A program made the position numbers and the translations under genes. Below, one piece after another: positions 29,199-38,883 of a stretch of 64,000 nucleotides of DNA. The DNA comes from an uncultured Erythrobacter sp. (GTDB taxonomy: Bacteria > Pseudomonadota > Alphaproteobacteria > Sphingomonadales > Sphingomonadaceae): positions 7,194 through 71,193 of the forward strand of contig CAYTPY010000002.1 of the NCBI GenBank assembly GCA_964439725.1, written 5' to 3'. The first letter of the stretch is position 1, and every line of letters begins with the position of its first letter. Below the pieces are notes generated by a model that was given only the letters and a program-made list of their open reading frames with translations, did no database searches and was not told the origin of the DNA.

Positions 29199-29840
29199 TC
29201 AGCGATAGAACACGTGAGTATCGATGCGCGCAAGCTGCGTGCGGCGGCGTGCCCAGCTCGGCTTCACGTAGGTGGCGTGAAAGAACAGCGCCTCGCCCGC
29301 TTCGCTTTCCCAGAGATCCTGGTGCGCAATCTGAGCAAGGGCTTTCGCCCGCAGCCAGGCACGCGAGCTTTCATCGACGCGCGGAATGCGACCCTTTTTC
29401 ACAAACGAGAACTGGCCCCGCTGCGTGACGACCGAGCAGTAGTCAGACGGGTAGAGGTGGGAGGCGGTGCGATTGATGACGACGCGGGCCACGGCAAGCT
29501 GCCCGGCCAGAGGTTCGCCGCGGGCTTCGAAATAGATCGCCTGAGCCAGGCATCGCATGTCGGGCGAGAGCGGCTCGGCCACCGGCATGTCGCCAACGAG
29601 TTCATGCAACGAAGTGGCGTCTTCGACGCGTTCTTCCAAAGTTTTCTCGGCGGGGAGGGGCTGAACCACCTCGTGGGAGACAAACCGCGGAGCGGCTGCG
29701 TCCGTGTGGCTCTCGCTAGCCTCTGTTGAGGCTTCAGGGCCGCGATCCTGGGCCCAGGCACCGGCTTCGGCGCCAAACAATGTCACAAGCAGAACGGCAA
29801 CCGGCACGAACGCGCCGGCGCGAGCAAATCGAAATGTCAT
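29199..29840 (-). CDS. Cell wall hydrolase (SleB/Hydrolase_2 family)
   Basis: CLAQAIYFEARGE...GQLAVA.VV.NR, C.VV.Q..QFSF, FFHA.YV.P.W, H.FYR. Confidence 0.93.
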   Translation of the reverse strand: MTFRFARAGAFVPVAVLLVTLFGAEAGAWAQDRGPEASTEASESHTDAAAPRFVSHEVVQPLPAEKTLEERVEDATSLHELVGDMPVAEPLSPDMRCLAQAIYFEARGEPLAGQLAVARVVINRTASHLYPSDYCSVVTQRGQFSFVKKGRIPRVDESSRAWLRAKALAQIAHQDLWESEAGEALFFHATYVKPSWARRRTQLARIDTHVFYR

Positions 29841-30013
29841 CGATCCCGTAACTCAAGGCGGCGAGCCGCCCGTCGCAGGCCTGAGGGTCACGGTCGCGTC
29901 AGCAACCAGGTGCGATCCCATCCAAGAGCCTGCCGGCCTGCCCTCCGTCTGCGCGGCCGGTAACGCGGCATCAAGCCGTCTGCGTACCGCCAGCGCTGTT
30001 GGAAGATGCGGGC

Positions 30014-30041
30014 CAAATAGCCATCGACGACCGCGCGTCAA
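30014..30041 (-). promoter_or_regulatory. Putative sigma70 promoter for the cell wall hydrolase
   Basis: Minus strand TTGACG-N16-TATTTG; same hexamers as the putative rho promoter. Confidence 0.5.
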
Positions 30042-30051
30042 CCAAAGGTTC

Positions 30052-30387
30052 CTAGGATTCGATGAACCGTTCCCCATTCGGGACATCTAGTTCCAAGATC
30101 CACAGATCGGGGTCCTGCTGCTTGCGACGCTCGCAGTATTCCCAGAATTCACCTGGACTATCAGTGACTTGCTGCCTCGACACTTTCCAAGCGCGGCGAC
30201 CGTCGGGTTGCGGCATGCGTTCATATGCTGCGGCGAGGCGGTCCTTTGCGTAACAAACGATCATCAAAGTTCCGCTGTCGCGTTCACCTTTTGCGATAAC
30301 CGTCGGGAAACCTCCAGCGCCGCTGACGGCGCGAATCAGACCCGCGACTTCCGCATGGGCTGGCAGGCGGGGCTCGCCCTCAGCCAT
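30052..30387 (-). CDS. DUF1491-family protein
   Basis: RL.A..EV..LIR....GGF..V..KGE.D.G...YCERR..QDPDLWILELD. Confidence 0.85.
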   Translation of the reverse strand: MAEGEPRLPAHAEVAGLIRAVSGAGGFPTVIAKGERDSGTLMIVCYAKDRLAAAYERMPQPDGRRAWKVSRQQVTDSPGEFWEYCERRKQQDPDLWILELDVPNGERFIES

Positions 30388-30862
30388 CGATTCGGTAGCC
30401 GGGTAGCCCGGACAACGCGATATGCGAGCGCACGAAGGTTCCGGTGCCGCGGCCGATCTCATCACCCTCACCGTCAATCAACCGGGCTTCCGCGACGAAC
30501 ACCCGGCGCCGGCCACTCACCCAGCGCCCTTCGGCCACGACCTCGCCGCTACGTACCGGCTTCGTGAAATGAAGGTTGAAGGCGGTGGTCAGTAGAAAGC
30601 GGTCAGTGACCATTGAGTTGGCGGCATAGAACGCCGCATCGTCCAGCATCTTGAAGTAAATCGTCCCGTGCGCCGCGCCGGCCGCATGATAGACCGCCGC
30701 ATCGACGGTGAAGTGGATCCGCGCTACCCCCTCGGCGAGGATCTCAAGCCGAGAGTCGAACAAGCCATTGACGGGCGCGGAAGCGTAGAGCGATTCGAGA
30801 GCCCGGTAATGCACCCCCGCGCCGCCGGCAGTCGAACTAGGCGGCGTCGCGGTCCGTGACAT
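30380..30862 (-). CDS. PaaI-family thioesterase (start uncertain)
   Basis: HAAGAAHGTIYFKMLDDAAFYAANS, LLTT.FN..F.KPV hotdog-fold motifs. Confidence 0.9.
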   Translation of the reverse strand: MSRTATPPSSTAGGAGVHYRALESLYASAPVNGLFDSRLEILAEGVARIHFTVDAAVYHAAGAAHGTIYFKMLDDAAFYAANSMVTDRFLLTTAFNLHFTKPVRSGEVVAEGRWVSGRRRVFVAEARLIDGEGDEIGRGTGTFVRSHIALSGLPGYRIDG

Positions 30863-31298
30863 TGGTCAGCAGGCCGTAAAGCGCTTCGGCATCGGGTGCA
30901 TCGCTGAGGGCCTCGTGCACTCGCTCGTCGCGCATAAGGCGTGAAATCGCCGCCAGGGCGTGAAGGTGTGCTGCGCCGCTGTTCTCGGGAGACAACAGCC
31001 CGAACACCAAATCGACAGGCAGCCCGTCGGCCGAAGCGAAGTCCACCGGCTGCGGCAGCTTGAGCAACGCTGCCACCGGGCGTTGCAAGCCCGCGATCCG
31101 GGCGTGAGGTATCGCCACGCCGCGCCCGAACCCGGTGCTGCCAAGACGCTCACGGTCTTCCAGCGCATCAAGGACCTGCTCCCGATCGAGCCCGTAGCTC
31201 ACCGCGAACGCTTGGCTGAGGCGCTGCAAAATGGCGTGCTTGTCGGCAGCGTCAACAATGGCGACCGCCTCTGGCTTGATCGAAAACAGGGGACTCAT
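30837..31298 (-). CDS. ptsN: PTS IIA(Ntr)-like nitrogen regulatory protein
   Basis: RERLGSTGFG.GVAIPHAR, D..PVDLVF.LL.P, HL.ALA.ISR; downstream of hpf. Confidence 0.93.
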   Translation of the reverse strand: MSPLFSIKPEAVAIVDAADKHAILQRLSQAFAVSYGLDREQVLDALEDRERLGSTGFGRGVAIPHARIAGLQRPVAALLKLPQPVDFASADGLPVDLVFGLLSPENSGAAHLHALAAISRLMRDERVHEALSDAPDAEALYGLLTNVTDRDAA

Positions 31299-31427
31299 GT
31301 CTCTGATTCTCTGGCTCGCATCATGACGCGTGGAACGGCGCGGTCCCTTTGAAGGCTTACGACCGCCAACATTTTCAGGAACTTGATCGTCGTTATTGGG
31401 GGCCGCGCTTTTCACGTCAAGGCAGCC

Positions 31428-31991
31428 TCAGGAAGGCTCTACCCAACCGATCGAGCCGTCATCGCGGCGGTAAACCATATTGTGCCGCCCGGTTCCAGCG
31501 TTTTTGAAGAATAACGCATTGGTATTCCTAAGGTCCAGTTGCATCACCGCATCAGCGACACTGACTTCGGGAATGTCCGTCCGCGTTTCGGCAATGATCG
31601 GCGGAGCCTCGGGCGCTTCCTCGGCCTCGGGATCGCCAGCGTCAAACACTCGGTAGGCGGCATCTTCCCGCTGCGCCGCGTGGTCGGCTTGCTCATGGCG
31701 GTCCGTCAGCCTGCGCTTGTAGCGACGCAACTGCTTCTCGATCTTGTCGGACGCCTGTTCGAACGCCTGATGCGCGTCCTGCGCCTGACCGCGGCTTTTC
31801 AGGATAAGTCCTTGGTTGACGTGCATCACGATGTCGCAACCGAATGCGTTGTTCGGTGCTTTGCTGAACGTCACCTGCGAGGACAGGGCGCGCGAGAAGT
31901 ACTTTTCACGAATCCCGTTCAGGCGCTCGGCTGCATGTTCCTGCAAGGCCGAGCCGGTGTCGATCTGGTGGCCGGACACACGGATATCCAT
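31428..31991 (-). CDS. hpf: Ribosome hibernation promoting factor (long HPF/RaiA)
   Basis: MDIRVSGHQIDTG, KIEKQLRRYKRRL, VYRR.DG.IGWVEP. Confidence 0.95.
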   Translation of the reverse strand: MDIRVSGHQIDTGSALQEHAAERLNGIREKYFSRALSSQVTFSKAPNNAFGCDIVMHVNQGLILKSRGQAQDAHQAFEQASDKIEKQLRRYKRRLTDRHEQADHAAQREDAAYRVFDAGDPEAEEAPEAPPIIAETRTDIPEVSVADAVMQLDLRNTNALFFKNAGTGRHNMVYRRDDGSIGWVEPS

Positions 31992-32041
31992 AGTCGGGGG
32001 TTCTCCTTCTGGTTCTTAGCCCTCCCGGGCGCGGCTTGAAA

Positions 32042-32725
32042 TCACTGCGCCCAGATCGGTGAGTTCAACGTTTCCAGAAAGGCTTTGTGCCGGGCAAGCT
32101 CTTCTGCGCTGGCCGCATGGGGTCGAGGTGCACGGAACGCACGCTGCCGCGGCCGAAATACCGGGAGTTCGATCGATTGGGTGCCCGCGCCCGTGGCGAG
32201 TGCCAGGCCGATTTGCCGACCGCCGGTGAGCTCGACGTAGACTTGCGCCAGCAGCTCGGCGTCGAGCAAAGCGCCGTGCAGAACGCGGTGGCTTCGATCG
32301 ACACCGTAGCGGACGCAAAGCGCATCGAGCGAGTGCTTGGCGCCCGGATGCCGGCGGCGGGCCAGCATCAAGGTATCGATCATTCGATCGAGCAGGACTT
32401 CCGGATGGCCGCACAAGCCCAATTCGTAATTGAGGAAGCCAAAGTCGAATTGGGCATTGTGCGCTACCAGCGGCGAGTCCTCAAGGAAGTCGATCAGCTC
32501 AAGGGCATGTTCGTGGAAGCACTTCTTATCGGCCAGGAAAGCGTCCGAAAGGCCGTGCACCTGTTCGGCGGCATGCGGCATCGGACGCTGCGGATTGAAG
32601 TAAGTGTGGAAGGTGCGTCCCGTCGGCACTCGGTTGACCAGCTCGATGCAGCCGATCTCGACCATCCGGTCACCACTCTGCGGATCGAGGCCCGTCGTTT
32701 CCGTATCGAACACGATTTCACGCAT
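32042..32725 (-). CDS. dnaQ: DNA polymerase III epsilon subunit
   Basis: MREIVFDTETTG, VAHNA.FD, SLDALC, HGALLDAELLA.VY. Confidence 0.97.
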   Translation of the reverse strand: MREIVFDTETTGLDPQSGDRMVEIGCIELVNRVPTGRTFHTYFNPQRPMPHAAEQVHGLSDAFLADKKCFHEHALELIDFLEDSPLVAHNAQFDFGFLNYELGLCGHPEVLLDRMIDTLMLARRRHPGAKHSLDALCVRYGVDRSHRVLHGALLDAELLAQVYVELTGGRQIGLALATGAGTQSIELPVFRPRQRAFRAPRPHAASAEELARHKAFLETLNSPIWAQ

Positions 32726-32733
32726 GATCGGAG

Positions 32734-33354
32734 CTATCGACTGTAGCTCGGTTGCTGACAAGTTGAGCGCGTGAGCTTGTCCACTAAGGCTGTCACCGCA
32801 GCGCGAGTCTCGCCGAGGGAAGTTCCGGTATTGATCACATAGTCGGCGCGCTTGCGCTTCTCGGCGTCGGGCACCTGCAGTTTTAGGATGCTGGCCAACC
32901 GTTGCTCGGTCATTCCTGCACGGGCTAGAACGCGCTGACGCTGAACTTCGGCCGGAGCGGACACGACCACCACCGCGTCCACCTCCTCGATACCGCCTTT
33001 CTCGAATAACAGCGGGATGTCGAACACGACCAACTTATCTGCAGCATGCTCGATCAGAAAGCGGCTGCGGGCGTTCCGTACAGCTGGGTGAACGATAGTT
33101 TCGAGGCGCGCCAAAGCCTGGGGGTCGTTAAACACGGCTTCGCCCAGCTTGTGGCGGTCCACACCTTCCGCATCGGTGCAGCCGGGGAAAGCCGTTTCGA
33201 TAGGTCCGACCAGCGTTCCGCCCGGTCCTTGCAGGCGTCGTACGACGGCATCGGCATCGAACACGGGAATGCCCCGCTCCGCAAACATGCCCGCCACGGT
33301 CGACTTGCCCATCCCGATCGACCCGGTAAGCCCGAGGATGAGCGGTCGGCTCAT
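32734..33354 (-). CDS. coaE: Dephospho-CoA kinase
   Basis: GLTGSIGMGKST, FDAD, HP.V, DIPLLFE. Confidence 0.97.
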   Translation of the reverse strand: MSRPLILGLTGSIGMGKSTVAGMFAERGIPVFDADAVVRRLQGPGGTLVGPIETAFPGCTDAEGVDRHKLGEAVFNDPQALARLETIVHPAVRNARSRFLIEHAADKLVVFDIPLLFEKGGIEEVDAVVVVSAPAEVQRQRVLARAGMTEQRLASILKLQVPDAEKRKRADYVINTGTSLGETRAAVTALVDKLTRSTCQQPSYSR

Positions 33355-34211
33355 GCGCCCAGCAACTCTCGAAGGTCTGGGTCTCCCTCCTGCCGAGGTG
33401 GAGGACAGCCGAAAAAGAGTTCGAACGCGGCGGCTGCCTGCCCAATCAACATCGACAAGCCGTCGATTGATCGAAGGCCCGCCGCATGAGCCGCCTCCAG
33501 CAGCGGCGTTCGCAGCGGATTTGTGACGATGTCATAAACAACGCTACCCGGCGGTGCGTGACTCAGATCGAACCGCAGCGGTGGTTGACCCGTCATGCCG
33601 AGCGGACTGGCGTTCACGATCAGGTCGAGGCAACCCGCGCGGTCGTCGAACGCGAAATCGGTGGGTTCTACAAAATGATCCAGGTCTACCGCGTGATGCT
33701 CGGCGAATGGCGCGAGTTCATCGAGCAAAGCCTGAGCTTTCATTGGGTTGCGGCCGGCCAGCACGACGACGAAGTTCTCCGACGATAACGCCGCAACGAT
33801 GGCCCGCGCCGCGCCTCCTGTGCCGAGCACGCGTGCCATGCGAAATAAATGCTCGGGCGCGAGCATTGGCCGTAGCGGCTCGAGGAAACCCGGTGCATCG
33901 GTGTTATAGCCTACCAGCGATCCATCGCCGCTCCGCACGATCGTGTTCGCGGCGCCAATCCGCTTCGCCAGCGGGTCGAGACGGTCAAGATGCGGAATGA
34001 CCGCCTGCTTATGCGGCATGGTTACGTTACAGCCGCGCCAAGCGGGGTCTTCGCGGCGTTCGTTCAAGTATCGGGCCACGTCCTGCGCCCCGACCAGATG
34101 CGCGCGGTACTCGCCACCTATCCCGAGCTTGCCGAGCCAGAAGTTATGAATGCCAGGCGATTTCGATTGAGCGATCGGATCGCCAATCACCTCGGCATAA
34201 GGCCGTGTCAT
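33351..34211 (-). CDS. aroE: Shikimate dehydrogenase
   Basis: GDPIAQSKSP.IHN, G.NVTMPHK, GYNTD, GTGGAARA, NASPLGM, GL.ML.GQA. Confidence 0.96.
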   Translation of the reverse strand: MTRPYAEVIGDPIAQSKSPGIHNFWLGKLGIGGEYRAHLVGAQDVARYLNERREDPAWRGCNVTMPHKQAVIPHLDRLDPLAKRIGAANTIVRSGDGSLVGYNTDAPGFLEPLRPMLAPEHLFRMARVLGTGGAARAIVAALSSENFVVVLAGRNPMKAQALLDELAPFAEHHAVDLDHFVEPTDFAFDDRAGCLDLIVNASPLGMTGQPPLRFDLSHAPPGSVVYDIVTNPLRTPLLEAAHAAGLRSIDGLSMLIGQAAAAFELFFGCPPPRQEGDPDLRELLGA

Positions 34212-34786
34212 GCGGGCAGCTTTCCAAACTCACGCAGCGCGCCCAGTACTTCCAGCAATGGCATGCCCAGGACTGTGAACATGTCGCCTTCGATGCTTTC
34301 AAACAGTTGCACGCCAAGCGATTCGATTCGGAAGACCCCGACGCATTGGCTGACTTCTGGCCACTCGGCGACCAAATAGGATTCGATGAAGGCTTCGGTC
34401 AGTTCACGGACCTTCAGTGTCGCCAGCGAGACGTGCTTCCACTCGATCCGACCTTCGAAAGCGAGAGCAGCCGCGGAATGGAGCTGCATGGTGCGTCCTG
34501 AAAAGAAGCGTAGATGCTCCTCTGCCTGAGCCCGGCTGGCCGGCTTGTCGAAGCGGTGGCCGCTTACCGCGAGCACTGAATCGCTGCCCAATACTGGCCG
34601 TCCGTTGCCTTCAACAGACAATGCCTTGGCCTCGGCGAGGGCTAACGCCACGGCGCCCGGGTGACCCGCATCCATCCGCGCCTCGAGGGCCCGCTCGTCG
34701 ATAGCGGCAGGGCGGATTTCGAACTCCACTCCGGCCGCGCCGAGCATCGTGCGGCGCGAAGCACTTTTTGAAGCGAGGACGATCAT
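34208..34786 (-). CDS. maf: Maf-family nucleoside triphosphate pyrophosphatase
   Basis: LASKS.SR..ML, LA..KA, LGSDS, KP, V.GMPL. Confidence 0.93.
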   Translation of the reverse strand: MIVLASKSASRRTMLGAAGVEFEIRPAAIDERALEARMDAGHPGAVALALAEAKALSVEGNGRPVLGSDSVLAVSGHRFDKPASRAQAEEHLRFFSGRTMQLHSAAALAFEGRIEWKHVSLATLKVRELTEAFIESYLVAEWPEVSQCVGVFRIESLGVQLFESIEGDMFTVLGMPLLEVLGALREFGKLPA

Positions 34787-35628
34787 ATCGGTTTGGGTCC
34801 CCTTTCGGCGAGCCGCGGCCGCGCGCGCCGCTCATTGTATAGTTTGATCACCGCCGCGGCCGTTTCTTCGATCGAGCGCCGCGTGACATCGATCACCGCC
34901 CACCCATTATCCGAGAAGATGCGGCGGGCATAAGCTACTTCCTTCTCGACCTGATCCTCGTCGACGTAGGCAGTTGGTGTCTGCTGGTTGAGCGACAGCA
35001 GCCGGTTGCGGCGAATCTCGATCAGACGGCGCGGCGCCGTCGTGAGGCCAACGATCATGGGATTGCGCAGCTGAAACAGCGAGGCAGGCGGTGGGCTCTC
35101 CATCACCAGCGGGATGTTCGCGACCTTGTAGCCGCGGTTGGCGAGATAGATGCTGGTCGGGGTTTTCGAACTGCGCGAGACGCCAGCCAGAAGAATGTCG
35201 GCCTCTTCCCAGTCTTCGGATGCGATGCCGTCATCATGAGCGATGGTGAACTGGATCGCATCGACCCGCGCGAAATAGGCCTCGTCCATCATGTGCTGGC
35301 GTCCTGGCCGCGCTTTGGCTTGTTCGCCGAGGCGATCCTCCAACGCAAAGGTGACGCTATCGAGCGGCGCCACGTGCGGCATCCCGAGCGCGCGGCACCT
35401 TTCCTCGAGTCGCCGCCGCGTCTCCTCGTTGACGAGCGTATAGAGCACAAGTCCAGGATTGGCGGCGAGATCCTCGACGATCCGATCGAGATGCTGCAGC
35501 GAACGAACCATCGGCCAGAAGTGGCGGATGACCTCGGCATCGTCGAACTGTGCCAACGCTGCCTTGGCAATCATTTCGAGCGTTTCGCCGGTTGAGTCCG
35601 ACAGCAAATGGAGATGCAGCAGGGTCAT
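34783..35628 (-). CDS. Pyruvate,water dikinase / PEP synthase regulatory protein (DUF299)
   Basis: HLLSDSTGET, HDDG, GVSRSSKTPTSIYLA, DVTRRSIEETAA. Confidence 0.95.
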   Translation of the reverse strand: MTLLHLHLLSDSTGETLEMIAKAALAQFDDAEVIRHFWPMVRSLQHLDRIVEDLAANPGLVLYTLVNEETRRRLEERCRALGMPHVAPLDSVTFALEDRLGEQAKARPGRQHMMDEAYFARVDAIQFTIAHDDGIASEDWEEADILLAGVSRSSKTPTSIYLANRGYKVANIPLVMESPPPASLFQLRNPMIVGLTTAPRRLIEIRRNRLLSLNQQTPTAYVDEDQVEKEVAYARRIFSDNGWAVIDVTRRSIEETAAAVIKLYNERRARPRLAERGPKPI

Positions 35629-35928
35629 GTGGACAAGCGTGGCATAAACCACGGGACGGCGGGGCGGACAAGTTCGGGAGAGGATTCAACCCCCACTACC
35701 GGCGGATCGGTACTCCACTCGGTCCACAGCGCTACTCGGTTACCGACAGGCTGGGGATTGCGGGGAGAACATCCGGTTGACGCGAGAATGATACGGATTC
35801 GCGAGCCGTCGGCCCACTGGCCAGCCTGGGAGAAATCGGGCAAGGCTCTGCTCTCCCCAATATCCACAGGGCCAACAGAGTCCTGAAACCTATCTAAATA
35901 TCATTATTTATTGGACTGGACTGACGCG
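35628..35928. other. Putative chromosomal replication origin (oriC)
   Basis: Divergent DUF299/hemE intergenic region, the conserved alphaproteobacterial origin position. DnaA-like boxes TGTGGACAA 35628-36, CGGTCCACA 35720-28, ATATCCACA 35860-68. TCCCCA-type motifs at 35752-57 (reverse strand) and 35854-59. AT-rich tract 35886-35912. GANTC at 35683, 35796, 35878. Confidence 0.8.
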
Positions 35929-36945
35929 ATGCCCGGCCTTCTCCTCGAAACTTTGAAGGGAAAACACGGTTCCCGGCGGCCAATCTGGCTTATGCGCCAG
36001 GCTGGTCGGTATCTTCCTGAATACCGCGCCTTGAGGGCCGAAAAGGGCGGCTTTCTCGAACTCGTGCATGACAGTGAAGCTGCGGCCGAAGTCACGCTTC
36101 AGCCGATCCGGCGGTTCGGTTTCGACGGCGCGATCTTGTTTTCCGACATCTTGGTCATCCCGCACGCCTTGGGGCAGGATCTGGCATTTCTCGAAGGCGA
36201 GGGCCCGCATCTGTCACCGACGCTCGTCGATACGACACTGGAAGCGCTGCGGAGGGCTCCTGAACGCCTGAAACCGATCTACCGGACTGTTCAGTTGGTC
36301 CGAGAGCAGCTCGGTAACGAGACGACGTTGCTGGGGTTTGCCGGGAGTCCATGGACCGTGGCGACGTACATGATCGCAGGTCAGGGCAGCCGGGACCATC
36401 GCGCTGCGCGGCTTCTCGCCTATCGCGACCCGGCAGCGCTCGGGGCCATCCTGGATGCGATTGTGATCGAGAGCGTGGAATACCTGTCGGGCCAGATCGC
36501 AGCCGGCGCCGAAGCGATCCAATTGTTCGACAGCTGGGCCGGCAGCCTCGCTCCGGCTGAATTTGAGCGATGGGTGATTGCGCCCAATGCCGCTATCGTC
36601 GCGGCGTTGAAGGCCCGGCATCCCGATGTGCCGGTAATCGGTTTCCCCAAAGGATCGGGCGAAAAGTTGCCTGCTTACGCTCGTGAAACCGGCGTGGACG
36701 CCGTGGGCGTGGACGAAACGATCGATCCGGCGTGGGCCGCGTGCGCACTCCCCTCCGGAATGCCGGTGCAGGGCAACCTCGACCCGCTGCTGCTGTTATC
36801 TGGCGGTGACCGCCTCGATTTCGCAGTGCGGCACATTCTCGACACGTTTTCGGACCGGCCGCACGTGTTCAATCTTGGCCATGGGATCGACAAGACGACG
36901 CCGATTGCGCACGTCGAACGACTGCTTGCCTTGGTCCGGGGATGA
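35929..36945 (+). CDS. hemE: Uroporphyrinogen decarboxylase
   Basis: PIWLMRQAGRYLPEY, AILFSDIL, GFAGSPWT, QLFDSW, QGNLDP, FNLGHGI. Confidence 0.98.
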   Translation: MPGLLLETLKGKHGSRRPIWLMRQAGRYLPEYRALRAEKGGFLELVHDSEAAAEVTLQPIRRFGFDGAILFSDILVIPHALGQDLAFLEGEGPHLSPTLVDTTLEALRRAPERLKPIYRTVQLVREQLGNETTLLGFAGSPWTVATYMIAGQGSRDHRAARLLAYRDPAALGAILDAIVIESVEYLSGQIAAGAEAIQLFDSWAGSLAPAEFERWVIAPNAAIVAALKARHPDVPVIGFPKGSGEKLPAYARETGVDAVGVDETIDPAWAACALPSGMPVQGNLDPLLLLSGGDRLDFAVRHILDTFSDRPHVFNLGHGIDKTTPIAHVERLLALVRG

Positions 36946-36976
36946 CGGGCGGCGTCGCCGCGGCTAGACGGGGGCA

Positions 36977-37420
36977 ATGCAGGAATTTCTCTCAGCGACC
37001 TACTTCTGGCTCAAGGCTGGCCACATCATCTTCGTGGTGTTTTGGATGGCCGGCCTGTTCATGCTGCCCCGTTTCCTCGTTTACCATCAGGAATGCGACC
37101 CCACCTCGCCTGAGAACGCCGTATGGGCGGAACGCGAGAGCAAGCTGCTCAAGATCATCCTGACCCCTTCGATCATTGTGGTCTGGGTGCTGGGCATCCT
37201 TCTTGCGATCTCTATCGATGCTTGGAGCCAGGGATGGCTGCACGCGAAGCTGGTGCTGGTACTCGGCCTGTCGGCCTACCACGGCTATCTCAGCAGTTAT
37301 GTTGCCAAGCTCGCCAAGGGAAAACGCCCTCTGACGGGCAAGCAGTTGCGCTTGCTCAACGAAGTGCCGGGCGTGGCGCTGGCGCTGATCGTCATCCTGG
37401 TGGTCATCAAGCCTTTCTGA
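36977..37420 (+). CDS. hemJ: Protoporphyrinogen oxidase HemJ (CopD family)
   Basis: W.KA.HIIFVVFWMAGLF.LPR..VYH, WLHAKL, R..NEVP, KPF. Confidence 0.92.
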   Translation: MQEFLSATYFWLKAGHIIFVVFWMAGLFMLPRFLVYHQECDPTSPENAVWAERESKLLKIILTPSIIVVWVLGILLAISIDAWSQGWLHAKLVLVLGLSAYHGYLSSYVAKLAKGKRPLTGKQLRLLNEVPGVALALIVILVVIKPF

Positions 37421-37457
37421 AAACGCGACGAGCGGTTGCGGGCGCTGCATTCGCGAA

Positions 37458-37486
37458 TTGACGCGTTCGAGCCGAGCCCATATTTG
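37458..37486 (+). promoter_or_regulatory. Putative sigma70 promoter of rho
   Basis: TTGACG-N17-TATTTG. Confidence 0.5.
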
Positions 37487-37582
37487 TGAATTTCCGGCTG
37501 AGGCCGCCGTTCCGAGCGGCCGGGTCTTGCTTTCTCCAAGCCCTGACGACCTGCCGGCTCCCACCAGAATTGGATGACGTAC

Positions 37583-38839
37583 ATGCATTTGAAAGAACTT
37601 AAGAAAAGGGCGCCGGCCGAGCTGGTCGCGATGGCCGAGGAATACGAGGTCGAGGGCGCTTCGACGATGCGCCGGCAGGATCTGATGTTCGCGATCCTGA
37701 AAGAAGTGGCCGAAGACGGCGAAGAAATCGTCGGCCAAGGTACGATCGAAGTGCTGCAGGACGGCTTCGGCTTCCTGCGCAGCCCGGAGGCCAACTACCT
37801 CGCCGGTCCTGACGACATCTACGTCTCGCCCAACCAGGTCCGCCGCTGGGGCCTGCGCACCGGCGATACCGTCGAAGGCGAAATCCGCGCGCCCAAGGAT
37901 GGCGAGCGCTATTTCGCACTGACCAAGATAAGCACGGTCAATTACGATGATCCCGATGCGGTCCGCCACCGCACCAACTTCGACAACCTGACGCCGCTCT
38001 ATCCCGACGAGCGGCTCAATCTCGACACCACCGATCCGACGGTGAAGGACAAGTCAGCGCGGGTGATCGACCTGATCAGCCCGCAGGGCAAAGGGCAGCG
38101 CGCGCTGATCGTGGCGCCGCCGCGGACCGGTAAGACCGTGCTGCTGCAGAACATTGCGAAGGCGATCACCGACAATCACCCGGAAGTGTTCCTGATCGTG
38201 TTGCTCGTCGACGAGCGGCCGGAGGAAGTCACCGACATGCAGCGCAGCGTGAAGGGCGAAGTGATCTCGTCGACTTTCGATGAGCCGGCTTCGCGCCACG
38301 TGCAAGTAGCTGAAATGGTTATCGAAAAGGCGAAGCGTCTGGTCGAGCACAAGAAGGACGTGGTGATCCTGCTCGACTCGATCACTCGCCTCGGCCGTGC
38401 TTACAACACTGTCGTGCCAAGCTCGGGTAAGGTCCTGACCGGCGGTGTCGACGCCAATGCGCTGCAAAGGCCGAAGCGCTTTTTCGGAGCCGCGCGCAAC
38501 ATCGAGGAGGGCGGCAGCTTGTCGATCATTGCCACCGCGCTGATCGACACCGGCAGCCGCATGGACGAGGTCATCTTCGAAGAATTCAAGGGCACCGGTA
38601 ACAGCGAAATCGTGCTCGACCGCAAGGTTGCCGACAAGCGCATCTTCCCGGCCCTCGACGTTGGTAAGTCGGGTACCCGCAAGGAAGAGCTGCTGGTCGG
38701 CAAGGACCAGCTCTCGAAGATGTGGGTCCTGCGCCGTATCCTGATGCAGATGGGCACCGTCGATGCGATGGAGTTCCTTCTCGACAAGATGAAGGATTCG
38801 AAGTCCAACGAAGACTTCTTCGCGACGATGAACCAGTAG
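37583..38839 (+). CDS. rho: Transcription termination factor Rho
   Basis: [40 protein letters not shown]. Confidence 0.99.
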   Translation: MHLKELKKRAPAELVAMAEEYEVEGASTMRRQDLMFAILKEVAEDGEEIVGQGTIEVLQDGFGFLRSPEANYLAGPDDIYVSPNQVRRWGLRTGDTVEGEIRAPKDGERYFALTKISTVNYDDPDAVRHRTNFDNLTPLYPDERLNLDTTDPTVKDKSARVIDLISPQGKGQRALIVAPPRTGKTVLLQNIAKAITDNHPEVFLIVLLVDERPEEVTDMQRSVKGEVISSTFDEPASRHVQVAEMVIEKAKRLVEHKKDVVILLDSITRLGRAYNTVVPSSGKVLTGGVDANALQRPKRFFGAARNIEEGGSLSIIATALIDTGSRMDEVIFEEFKGTGNSEIVLDRKVADKRIFPALDVGKSGTRKEELLVGKDQLSKMWVLRRILMQMGTVDAMEFLLDKMKDSKSNEDFFATMNQ

Positions 38840-38856
38840 GCCTGATTTTGATCTTT

Positions 38857-38883
38857 GAGCTCCCTTCCGGCGGGAGGGAGCTC
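38857..38883. terminator. Hairpin between the convergent rho and DLH genes
   Basis: GAGCTCCCTTCC-GGC-GGGAGGGAGCTC inverted repeat. Confidence 0.6.
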
